Source of the DNA: a virus
Lineage: Duplodnaviria; Caudoviricetes
Reading direction: 5' to 3' (one strand)
DNA length: 55,149 nucleotides
Virus record (IMG/VR): IMGVR_UViG_3300021424_000040
Location: 1 to 55,149 of that record
Shown here one piece after another: positions 8,713-20,700 of this stretch (position 1 is the first letter of the stretch; the number at the start of each line of letters is the position of its first letter). Under the pieces are notes generated by a model that was not told the origin of the DNA, made no database searches, and saw only the letters and a list, made by a program, of their open reading frames with translations. The translations under genes and the position numbers were made by a program.

Positions 8713-9783
8713 TTAAAATGCTTTAATGATGTATTTATTTCGGTGATAAGCTTGCATCATAGACAATGTTTCTGCACTTGTCAAGTTAGTAGTTAATCTG
8801 CTGTCAAATAAAGTTCTAACTGAAGAAGAACTACTTACTTTTAGTGTACCTACGTTACATTCCAACCCAAGTTCAGTAACAGAAATAGTTTTACTTGCCG
8901 TGTTACCATATCCAACTGCACCTGAAGATATTCCTTCGTTGCCACCTTCTTGATCATGACCCCAAGTTCTAGCCTGCCCAGATGTATTTGCGGATATTTG
9001 ATGACTATGTTTTCTTGTTGTTGGAATATCTCCTGGACTTGCATTTTCTACTCTTCTTCGATAAGAAATAATACTACCAAATGCACCGTTTAAACAACAA
9101 ATCAACTCCGTTCCTCCTGGATCAGGTGGATTTACAATACTAGGTCCACCATCTGCTGAAGTTGCTGCTTCTTCATTCGTTAATCTACTATGTGGCAATA
9201 CATGAGTATGAGGTGGAGCAGAATATAGTTGTGTAGAACCAAAAGGACCAAAATTTTGTGTAATGTTACCAGATAATGTTATTGGTGCTTCAACTTCTAC
9301 ATTTTCAAATCCTCTAGATTTTTTACTAACAATTTCAAAAGTATCATCCTGAGTTGGGGTTTGCTGTCTAATATCAGAAATAACGTAAGAACCACCAATA
9401 CCACCAGGATAGTTAACATCTATTGGAGTCCCCCCACCTGCTCCACTATTAGGTGTTAATGTTGCACTGCCTGGAATATTACCATCTGATCTACCAGTTC
9501 CAGTCAAATATCTTGCCCTATAGTTAGGTAGGTTAAAAGTTCCTGTCATATTTGGATATGTACCACTTACAGTGCCGCCATAAGTAGTTCCTATTATTTC
9601 ATACAAAGCATAATATTGGTTTGGATTTAAACTAGAACCATCACATTCCAACCAACCTGGATAATCAACATCAATATCCCAATCATCAGTCGTGCTAGTC
9701 CACCCAGAAGGTTTTGGTATACAAACAACTGTTCCAACAGTTGCTCCACTTTTTTGTGATTGTTTAGAATATTTTACTGCCAT
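8713..9783 (-). CDS. tail-collar domain fibre protein (gp12-like short fibre)
   Basis: Collar motif 'GWLECDGS...YYALYEIIGTTYGG...FNLPNYR'; HxH motifs; C-terminal 'KYIIKAF'. Confidence 0.8.
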   Translation of the reverse strand: MAVKYSKQSQKSGATVGTVVCIPKPSGWTSTTDDWDIDVDYPGWLECDGSSLNPNQYYALYEIIGTTYGGTVSGTYPNMTGTFNLPNYRARYLTGTGRSDGNIPGSATLTPNSGAGGGTPIDVNYPGGIGGSYVISDIRQQTPTQDDTFEIVSKKSRGFENVEVEAPITLSGNITQNFGPFGSTQLYSAPPHTHVLPHSRLTNEEAATSADGGPSIVNPPDPGGTELICCLNGAFGSIISYRRRVENASPGDIPTTRKHSHQISANTSGQARTWGHDQEGGNEGISSGAVGYGNTASKTISVTELGLECNVGTLKVSSSSSVRTLFDSRLTTNLTSAETLSMMQAYHRNKYIIKAF

Positions 9784-9784
9784 T

Positions 9785-10648
9785 TTAATATTTTATTAAA
9801 TATTCTACTAAAATAAATGGTGGTTGAACATCATTTATAACATAAGTATCATCTATATTTATTTTAACATCTGTAAAAACTTTATCTTCTACTGGCGCTG
9901 TCAATGCTGCAATATTTCCAGATATACTTTTAGTTGGTGGCGATCCATACTTAACGGTGTGTGAGTGCAGTGTTGCTTCTTCAGAAAGATCATCACCAAT
10001 CTGAGTGTTTACAGCTTCTCCTCTAAAAGTACACTCAGCTCCAAAGGTTTGTGTAGTGTCATATGAATGATTTTCAGTCACTGCGGTTCCTCTAAGACTT
10101 ACGGTGTTGGCCCAGTGACCATGTGGAAGCATACTATCAGAAGTTACAGTAGATTGATCTGTTGATCCAGGAATAGATATAGCTAGATTACCATTTAATG
10201 TTACAGATCTTGCTGGAATAGCAAAAGAACCTGTATATTGAATAGCAACTGTTATTTGACCTTCCCCCTCTGTAGATTCTAACTCAACATCAACGCCAAC
10301 TTTAGGTTGTAATATTCCACTTGCAGCACCAACAGCATAATAACTTTCATATCCTCCAGATGAAGGACTTGCTTTTATGTATTTTGACCCTAAATCAGGT
10401 AGTTGCATTTCATCATTTTCCAAATCAACATTATCTTTTTTGTAAATTGATTGAGCACCAGTACCTAAAATCCTAGCAAGATTTGGATAAACATCTGCTT
10501 TGACTTTACTGCCATCACACCTAAGATATCCTGCGGGAACATATACTCTCCAATCTTCACCTGTTTTGCCATCCAATTTTCTAGGAAATGGCACTATAGT
10601 TCCAGCAGTTGTTCCGTATTTTCCTTTTTCGTAAGAATAGTTTGCCAT
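9785..10648 (-). CDS. tail-collar domain fibre protein
   Basis: 'GTIVPF...PAGYLRCDGS...YPNLARILGT...LPDLGSKY'; HGH and HSH; C-terminal 'QPPFILVEYLIKY'. Confidence 0.8.
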   Translation of the reverse strand: MANYSYEKGKYGTTAGTIVPFPRKLDGKTGEDWRVYVPAGYLRCDGSKVKADVYPNLARILGTGAQSIYKKDNVDLENDEMQLPDLGSKYIKASPSSGGYESYYAVGAASGILQPKVGVDVELESTEGEGQITVAIQYTGSFAIPARSVTLNGNLAISIPGSTDQSTVTSDSMLPHGHWANTVSLRGTAVTENHSYDTTQTFGAECTFRGEAVNTQIGDDLSEEATLHSHTVKYGSPPTKSISGNIAALTAPVEDKVFTDVKINIDDTYVINDVQPPFILVEYLIKY

Positions 10649-10649
10649 T

Positions 10650-11753
10650 TTACCAAGCCTTGATAATATACTGTATTCGTAACGAAGGAGTTGATGTATT
10701 TACATTAAACTGCAACAACTCTTCAAAAGTTTCGTTTACTGGTGCTACATTACCAGTGGTAATATCATTAACAACAATATTAGATTGTACCTGAAAACTA
10801 CCTTGATTTACAGAATAACCAACTGGACCATGTACGTGAGATCCCAATGAGTTATCATTACTTGAGTTAGCAGTTGGCCATACACTAAAAACATCACTTA
10901 TAGTGGTAGCAAAGTTAAAATTACCTGTGTTAACTAAAGTATTATCATTACTTCCTAACCAGTTTTTAGGTGCGGTATTAATCCTCTCTGGAGCATCAGT
11001 AACTCTGTCATTATTACTGTTGAATCCTCCACCTAAAGGAATGCCACCAGCAATAGAGTTTTTATAATAGTTATTTCTGTTTGTTTGAGCATTATTACAC
11101 TCGCTCAACAAAAAGTTATCATTATCACAACAGTCACCTGTCTGAAAAAGGTCAGGATCAAATATACCACCAGTCGACGGGTCGCACCCAGTAAAGACTG
11201 GATTACTGCCGAACTCGGTCTGGCATCGTTCTACTCCTCCGCTTCCTCTTCCAATACTAGAAAAATTACCAGTATGTGTGTGAGTAGGCCAATGATAATC
11301 TCCCAAAGTTCTAGAAGCAACAGTAACTTCATCAAAATATGCGGGGGGATTGATAGTTTGACCCGTTATTTTAGCAGTATATGTCCCCGAAGCAAGATTA
11401 TTATCAATAGCAACAGTTAGTGCAAGATTAGATGTGTAAATAACATTACTTAGATTTGATTGATTAGTTCCTATTTGACCTGAAAACACCGAAGAAGTTC
11501 CTGAAGGAAGGTAACTTGTTTTCATATCTGCTAAAGCTTTAGCATTTAAATCTGGCAACCTAAAAAAGTTTCCAGACCCACCATAATATTGACCAATAAT
11601 ATCAAACAAATCTGGATAATCAACGGATTGTTTAGTAGATCCATTACATGCGATCCATCCCTTAGGGATACTATCTTCGCCACCAGACCACGGCATAATA
11701 GTGCCGATGGCCATTCCTTTCATTGTTTTTAGTGCATTATAGTTAATAGACAT
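10650..11753 (-). CDS. tail-collar domain fibre protein
   Basis: 'IGTIMPWSG...IPKGWIACNG...YPDLFDIIG..YGG...FRLPDL'; HTH and HVH; C-terminal 'QYIIKAW'. Confidence 0.82.
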   Translation of the reverse strand: MSINYNALKTMKGMAIGTIMPWSGGEDSIPKGWIACNGSTKQSVDYPDLFDIIGQYYGGSGNFFRLPDLNAKALADMKTSYLPSGTSSVFSGQIGTNQSNLSNVIYTSNLALTVAIDNNLASGTYTAKITGQTINPPAYFDEVTVASRTLGDYHWPTHTHTGNFSSIGRGSGGVERCQTEFGSNPVFTGCDPSTGGIFDPDLFQTGDCCDNDNFLLSECNNAQTNRNNYYKNSIAGGIPLGGGFNSNNDRVTDAPERINTAPKNWLGSNDNTLVNTGNFNFATTISDVFSVWPTANSSNDNSLGSHVHGPVGYSVNQGSFQVQSNIVVNDITTGNVAPVNETFEELLQFNVNTSTPSLRIQYIIKAW

Positions 11754-11756
11754 ATC

Positions 11757-14700
11757 TTAGATTTCCATTATCCACCAACCTTGTTGCGCTGAATCAATGG
11801 CAGTTCCATTACCATCCAAGTTACCAATATAAAGAAGACCAAAAGCAGCATTTGGCGTATTAACTAAAAGTTCTCCGCTATCCCAAACAGTAGATCTATT
11901 TCCCGCCAATGTTCCAGTATCATCTCCCTGTATAGGAGTTGCATTCGAACCTTGTTTTGGTGCTCTAATAACTAGAGTACAGTTAAAGGTCAATCCACCA
12001 GAAGCATCAACAAATCTAATCATATCGCCAGTTTGAGGGGTTGCAGGTAACTTAAGAACCAAAGCTCCAGTACCACTTGGTTTAAGTATATAGTTGACAT
12101 TAGATATTAGCGTTGGTGCTGTTGCATCGGTGTTTGTTCCCGCGCTTAGATATAACCATTTTCTACCACCAGAGTTGGTAAAGTAGTTATTGATTCCTCC
12201 TAAATCAACCGAACCATTATTATTTACAGCAAACCTTTCAGTGCTGCTAGCATTAACAACAAAGTCGCCACCGCTAACAGTTAGATCTCCAGTTACAGTC
12301 ACATTATCTGCAAATGTAGCATCATTTCCACTCAATGTTAATACTGTAGATCCAGTACTAGACTTAATATCATTACCTGTTACAGTTAGATCGCCAACAA
12401 CGGTTACGTCGGATCCAGATAATGTTAGAGCAGTGTTTGTGCTTGATTTAATATCATTTCCACTTACTGTTAGATCACCAAGAACAAATGTATCTCCAGA
12501 AGAAGCATCAACATTTAATCTAGAAGTACCACCTACTTGAAGATCGATTAACTTGGAAGCATCATTTGAAGCAGTATTTGTGATATTTAACTTGATACCA
12601 GTAAAAGTAACCGCCGAACTGTTCCAAGTAGCAGTAGCATCTAATACATTAACATCGGTTGTTAATGTTCCTTGTGTAATAGTAGTTTCTCCATTACACA
12701 TATCAACCGTGAATCTATTCGTAGTGCTATCTTTGAGTGAGAATAGTCTATCAGCAGTTGTAGCAGAACAGGAACTTACAAGGTTAAATGGACCATAAAC
12801 AGTCAAACCACCAAGAGAAGTTGCGTCACTTACAACAGTTGCCCCATCAGTCGAATCAACTTCAAACTTAGTTGATCCAGCGCCATTAGTTACTTTAAGT
12901 TTTTGTGCTACAGATCCCGTTGAAGTACCAATCTTTACAGCTTCACCACTGCTACCAGAAACGTTTCTAGAAACAAAGATATAATCCCCTTGCGCTAATG
13001 TTCCACCAAACTCAGACAGATTAAATACGTCAGTTGTGCCACTTCCATCAACGTTTGCGATCAACCAAGTAGAGTCTAAAGCAACATTAACTTTTTTAAT
13101 ATTTGAATCATCAGGATGATTTGTTTTTGTTGGTAGGAAAGTACCATATGGTTGTCTAGTAACAATAATATAATAAGGAGCAGCAGTAGTTCTTCTCAAA
13201 CCACCCGAAGCAACTCTGACGATTTCTGGGTGTGTTGCAGTAGATCCAGATCCAGATACAGCACTATCAATCAAAATATCATCATTTTCAGAATAAGTTG
13301 GTGCAGACTCTAGAGGTAGATAGTATTGATTTCCAGACAATGCTGCTAATGCAGTGCCATCATCAGCAAGATAAGTGTTAATAGCATTTTGGAAGAACGT
13401 TCCACCCCAAGGTCCAGCACCAGCTGTATCTACTTTATTATCAAATCCACTAACAATCGTCACTAAGTCTACATTTTTATCTACGGGAGGAGCTGAAGGA
13501 TATCCCGTATGTGACGATATAGTAGACCCTAAAGATGCTCTAGCGCCATTAAACGAGAACGTAGCAGTGCCACCATCTAGAGTTATATTGCCCTTCACTA
13601 GTAGTGAAGCATCAACTGTTAAACTATTTTTAACTGTTGTAGTGCCACCCTGACCACCAATATTTAAAACTGATGCATTCAATCCGAAAGATATTTCAGA
13701 CGCAGATCCAGAATCAGAGAAGAAGTTTACTTTGCCCGCAGTAGTTCCTAGAGTAACTGTATCACTCAACCCTTTATTAATACCAATAGCAACATCACCC
13801 CAGAACTTAGTTGATCTAGTTTTAACTTCTAAGAAACTATTTGATTCATTTGCATTATAAGCACCACCAAGAGTTAACTTAGAAGAAGTAGCAGATGTAG
13901 ATGGATTTCCAATATCAACTCTCACATTTGCAGAAGAATTGAAAATATCTAATGTGGTAGAACCAGTTGCGGCAGTTGCAAGATTTACATCGTGAGTTCC
14001 AGTTCCTGTGTTTCCGATATTTAATGTTTGATTTACTGCAGCATTACCAATATTAATCGTCTGAGTTGATGTTGTAATATTTGCAATATTAAAAGAAGTT
14101 GCTCTCGCAGCAAAGTTTACTGTTGCTGGATAGTTGCCAATATTGAGAGTACCAGTAAATGTAGTATTATCAACAAAGTTAAACGTACCTGTAGTTACAG
14201 TAGTTGTGATGTCTCCGCCATTAACTTCAATATCAGATTCAAATCTAAAGTTTCCAGTGATTCTACCATCACCATCAACTACTATAGTTCTATCAAGTTC
14301 TGCATTTGTTATATTAATACCAATTCTATTAGTAGAAGTTGAAAGTCTAAATGTTGCTTCACTATTTGGATTTGCGCTATCACCGCCAATCAAGAATGCA
14401 TTTGAAACTCCATTGAATGTTCTGTTGGTTGGATTGGAGTTAGCAACATAGTTATTTGGACTGGTTGCTAGAGTCTTACCACTGAAGAATGCAGTACCAA
14501 CTAAATCTAAGTTTGCTCTAGGTACTGTTTCATCCGAAATAAATGCATTGTTGTACGCAGAATGTGGAGATCTAGAAACAGTATTGATTCCTAGTTTATA
14601 ATCACCAATATTTGATGTCTCTGTTCTAAGAGCTTCAGTACCAATGATTCCCCATTCTTTCCAATATGTGCTACTTCTAGAAACAACAATGTTTGGTTGA

Positions 14701-17700
14701 GTTTGTGTAATGATTGAGTATGTGTTGCTTTCTACTGTAATCTGCTGTCCTTCAGCTGGAGTAACATCTAGGTAAGTTGCACTTGAACTAAATGGATTCG
14801 CAACTGTATTAACTACACGCCAAATACCATTAATCTGAGCAATAGGAGATTGAGCACCAACAATCTTAATCTGAGTTGATTCAGTAATACTTAGAAGTGT
14901 ATTTGTCCAAGGAGGAGAACCAGCAACATTCCAGTTCAAGCGAATAATATTTCCACTTCCAAATCCTTGAATGCTAGCAATCTGTGGATTGGTAATACCA
15001 GAATCTCCTTGTTTAGTGATAACACTATAAGTATTCGCAAAAATCCAACCAGCTCCACCAGTTACATCTGTTTGAGATCCTTTGAGAAGAACATCGCCAG
15101 AAATAGGATTTCTAGAACCAAACTCAATGATTTGAGTTGAAGGTCCAGAACCACCAAAAGGAGATGCTTGATCTGGAGTTTTATTTGTAATATGTGTTCT
15201 GAATGTATAACTTTGCTCACCACGAGCATACATTCTTAACATTCCGAGAGAAATGCTATTCTTTTCAATCTTAATATCTCCAGTCTTTTGACCAAGAGAT
15301 GTTATATTTAACTTATCATCATCATTATTTAGATCAATATTAGTTTTTACTGTGATTGCTGGATCTACTGGACCACCAGAACTATTCAGAGCATTTACAT
15401 TAACAAAGATAGGTGAAGTAAATACACTTGGTTTAGTTCCATCAAATCCTTCAACAGTAATGATATCCTTGAAGGTAACAGGAACATCAAAGGTGGTAAC
15501 AAGAGTTCCAATATCTTCATTATCGTCTTCCGATTCAACAACTTCTGCTTTTTCTAAGAATGTTTCTTCGCCCGTGATAGCATTAATCTTACGGTTACCG
15601 ATATAAAGGTCACCGTTAGAGTTTAAACCAGTGTAGAATACGATACCAGCATCTTCTCTCTTTGCCTGAGCGTAGAAGTCTTGAGTATCAGTAAGAACAA
15701 CTTCCTGACGCGCAGGGAAACCAGTAGAGTAGTTACCAGGACCGAAACCAAGATATTCAAACGTATGGTTACCAGAACGTGCAATAGATGGTCTACGAAG
15801 TTCTACATATAGTCTCTTCTCAGTAGGATACTGAGAATCTCCCGAGATAGGAATCTTTCTCGTTTCCGAACCAGCAGAAGCAGGACCAGATTGAGCTTCG
15901 ATGATGTTTTCATCAGTGAAGCTATAAGTACCAGAACCAGGATCTTGAACAAAATCAAGAACAGCTTCTTTAGTTAGTGAGTTTTTAGAATCATTAACTG
16001 TAACCAATCCATGAACGTAGTTGTCTGCTGCTGAAATAGTTGCAGGGGGATCCTTGAGAGAATCATCAAGAGCTCTGTACCATTCTGGATCGTTCTTATA
16101 AAACTCTGGATATAGTTTGGAGATTGGTTGCGAGAATCTGAAGTTTCTGAAGTTTTCTCCAACACCAGAACCTACTGGGAATGGTCTAATGTCACCACGA
16201 ACGCAGGTTAGATAGTATACACCATCTTGCTGATTTGGAATCCTTCTTCTAATAGTATCGACTGAGAAAATATAATATGATCCCTCCAAGTCTTCAACAT
16301 CAGTAACTTCCGCAATCGTGTAACTAACGTTGGTGGAATCTTTCACAACATCTCCAGGAGTTAATGTGTAAACATTAGCACCCTCTACAGCATATAGATT
16401 TCTTGATTTATCTGTTCTACCACCATCAGGTTCATCCATCATCACTGCTGAAACAGAACCTTGCTTAAAGGTGGTTGTTTCAAAAACATTGAAATCTAAC
16501 ACCGAGTTTCCAGTGATTCCCTTAAGAATCAAGTAATACTCATTTTCATACTTCAAGAAAGCATGTACATATCCAGAACCAGAACATGCTCCTTCCCATT
16601 CAATAAAGTTATCTGAATCTAAATCGGTTAGACTTGCTTCAAAAGTTCCATCTCCTCCCTGTGGAGAAGTAATCTTTACTGTAGTGAAGATTGTAGTCTT
16701 GTAAGCTGCATCGACATCATGATCAAATACAGTTAACTCAAGGTAATTTACGCCATTGATTGTTCTTTGTCTAGCAGACTGAATGCTAGCAGTAATCTTT
16801 GAGTTGGTTTGTATCTTTACGGGATTTAGATATGGATCATAAACCGTATCATCAAAACCAGCTGCATTTAACTGAGCATATGTCCAACCCAGTTTTTCGC
16901 TTACCTGTTGATTAGCAGAGTTTAATGCATAGAATGTTGCAAATGGACTTGCATTGCCAGTTGGTTTTAATAGAATTTTTTGAGCAAGTAGTTTTCTCTT
17001 GGAGTCCGTTCTAAGTTTGAATACAAAACCATTTAGAGGATCTCTTACAGTAGTTCCTCTGTAAGCAGGAATAACAAATCTAAATCTGTAAACTCTGTCT
17101 TGTTTAGTTCTAGCATCATTAACTCTTTCATAGAAAGAATCTGATGTTTTTGCGTTATCACCAACAGAATCATCACTATAATCAGACTGTTTTAGTCTAG
17201 TAATAATATTGTTTGTAGAACCATCTGAAACAGTATTTAAATACCACCTACCCTTAGGAGTAGATGCAACATCTACTGTAGGATCAAACTTCAATGGTGA
17301 TCTCTTCTTGTTGGCAAACGTGTAGAAGGTAGTTCCACTATTCTCAAAGAACTCTACTGGGTTTTCATTTGCAATAGCATTTTGAGCAGTTAAGAAAATT
17401 TTAAACTTCTTGGCAATGTAGTTACCATTTCCATCATCAAAATATCTGACATAATACTCTGTAGTATCATTAAAAAGACCAATGTAAGTGTTAGCTGGAT
17501 TTGGCAACGTAGAGTTCGCACCCAAATCACTACCAGTCCTAAAAAATACTCGTTGTAATGTGACACCTGCATCATTGACAGGCACATCAAAGATATGGGG
17601 AGATTCTGTTAAAAAAGTAGTGGAATCAAATAAAGTGGTCTTATATTGATGCAAATCATACGAAATATCTTGCACATATTGATAAACATCAATAATAACA

Positions 17701-20700
17701 TTTTGATTAATATTTTCCGTTTCTGAAGAATAAATGTAAATACCAGCAGCTGCATTCTCTTCGCTAGTAGCAAGAAGAATTTTTTGTTGATCAGTTTTAG
17801 AAAAGTCTCCAGTGGCATAGTCGAATGGTTGAGTTCTTCTGCCAGGAGCGATTACAAAATACTTAGTATTTGTACTAAATCCTTTTGGTAGACGAACTAA
17901 TCGCTTATCGACATTAGATCCAGGTTTTGCTCTAGGAACAAGACGAACAGGAGTACCTGTTTCTAGATTATGTGGATTAGCTAATAGATTTTCACCTTGA
18001 ATCTCTTGAAGAGTAAAAGCAGTAGCTCTTTGAGATAGTAGTGCAGTATCAATCTCAGGAGCAGTTGGAGTTACTGAGTTTACACCATTTTGCAGAATAG
18101 TGGAGATAATCGCAAAATAAGTATTGAGAGCACTATAAATGCTGGAGCATTCCCCATCTCCACTATAAGTATAATCTTGTGTAACTGTGTTATCTACAGA
18201 TGGTTCTATAGTAGATGTCCAAACACCTTCTTCTAACTGGAAGAATACTTTAACACTAGTTCCAGCAACAGCAGTTTTAGTTGTGCCTAGATTAAACTTA
18301 CTACCTTTAGTTCCTAACTCAATCTGCGTGGAGTTTACGATTCTCTTAATATAAGAATCTGCTGGAATATAAGCAGTACTGATATTAGTAGATTTAGGAA
18401 CTACCTTACCATCAACGACTTCTTCATACTGATCATTATAATTTGTTAGTTCATTTCCAGTATTATTTCCAGTATTTGAAGGTATATTGTTTACTCCCAC
18501 TACTTTCATACCAACAGTCAATCCTCTGGTTGAAGGAACTGTTACAATAGCAGAGTTTGCAGTATTTACAGTTGCATAAGTATTGTGATTTCTCATCGCA
18601 GAAATACACAAATCTCTCACATAGTTGTAAGCATCAAGAGTTTCACTGAGTTCATCTTGAATATAGTCAAGTGTAAATCCATCATTTACTCCATCAGTGT
18701 CTTGTGTTACCCCAACATAATATGCTTTAGCAGCATTAATAGTATTAACATTTCCACCGAGTCTAAGGTCCGCAACGATTGCTTCTACAATATATCCAAT
18801 GTCGCGCTTACACTTGCTGTTTTCAGATACTCTAGACCATGCACCAGGATTTGGTGTTGGTAAAGAGTTTAGATTACCAGAAGAAATAGATGTGGTTAAA
18901 ATTGCGGTTAAAGTATCAATCGTAGTTCTTACGTTAGCACAATCATATAAACCATTATTTACGGCGGCAAGATTATTAAGATTTCCAGCAGTAAGAGTGG
19001 TAGTAACTATACCAAATAAGTTATCAATAATGCTTTTTGTGCTTGCACATGAGTTTACACTTGTATTAGATCCAGTTGCAGGATCTGGTAGGATAGTTAG
19101 ATCTTTAACTGTTAGTTGATTTGTAATAGCTTGCTTACAAAGATCTCTAGCAGCATTAAATGCAGCAATAGATGCAGTGATTTCTCCTGCTAAACCATTC
19201 GTAAGAAGTGCATTGCCACTAAAATATTCTTTAAGATTAGCAATAGTATACTCATTTCCACCAAAGTTTAAATCATTTGCAACCGCAGAAACAATAATAC
19301 CGATGTCTCTTTTGCATTTTGTACTTCCAGCAGTAGACTCTCCAGTATTTCCAGGAATGGCAGCAACTTGAGAAGTTGTTAGCGTAGCAAATGCACTATT
19401 AATAATTTCCTGTTTATTGGCAAAAATAAGATCACTTGCATTCTTTAATATACTAGCAGCAGCAGTTCTGTTTGCATAATCAATCGTTACTGTTGAGATA
19501 TATGGCACACCAATAGCAGGAGTACTAGAAGGAGCACTTAAAGCAGTATATTTAAACTGAGTAGCAGTAAGTCCACTAGAAAGAACAGTGAACTCACCAT
19601 TATATGCTGATTGATTTAATCCAATAACACTGATTGAAGTACCAACAGTTAAGTTATGAGGTGATGAACATGTTACCGTTACAGTAGTTCCACTTGCAGT
19701 CATTGAAGCAACTTGCAGTGAACTTGTGGAAGATAGCATATTAGCAATAGCTAACTTACACAAGTCTCTAACACGATTAAATGCAAATACAGACTGTGTT
19801 TCTTCTCCAGTTAAACCATTGCTTAATGGTTGACCATTATTACCGAAGTAAGATTCGGTTGCTTCAACCATATGAATGTTGCCACCATCATAAAGATCAT
19901 CTGCAATAGAATCAATAATAATCCCTAGGTCTCTGCGGCACTTGGTTTCATTAGGATTCACAAATCCAGGGGAAGAAGTAACCATTTCACTGTATGCAGT
20001 GTCGATGATTTCCTGTCTGTTTGCACGGATTAAGTTAGATGCATCTCTATATCTACCAGTATCTGCAGTGATACTTGGGTTTACATAAGGAATGTTTTGT
20101 AAATCTGGGTACTTTTCTAGAATATACCCAAATGCTTCTGATTGAATAAATGTTTGGTTCGCTTCAATCAGATTAGCAGCATCTTGACGAAGATTATATT
20201 CTGTGGTAAATGATGCCCCAGCTGGATTTAATGTGGTAAGAGAAGAAGCCCATCTTTTAAATCCAGAAGGACTTAATACTGCGCTCTTTTCTGTTGGACC
20301 AGACTCTCCAGTGCCAGCATTTAACTTAACTTTGATCTGTTCATTTACCCTCGCACCAAGTCTAAACTTATTTACAGACGCAGCTGGTCTGTTTTCTGGG
20401 TCTTTTACACTGTCACCAGCAAGATAAATTCTGCTGGTATTAGTGGTATCATTTGTAAGATTGATTTGAATAGGATAATACTGTTGTTTGGTTTTATCGG
20501 ACGTTTTGAGTTCTTGTGGAGGAATAATGTCTGTGATGTATCCACCCTTATCTTGGTTAAAGGAAAATCCTTTGAAACCAATCGAGTGCATCGATGTGTT
20601 ACCAAAGTTTGAGTTAGAGTTGGTGATAGACATATCACCACCAGACTCAAGCAGGAAGTGATCGGCAAAACCTACAGCGAAGATCGAAACGTTTTGAATG

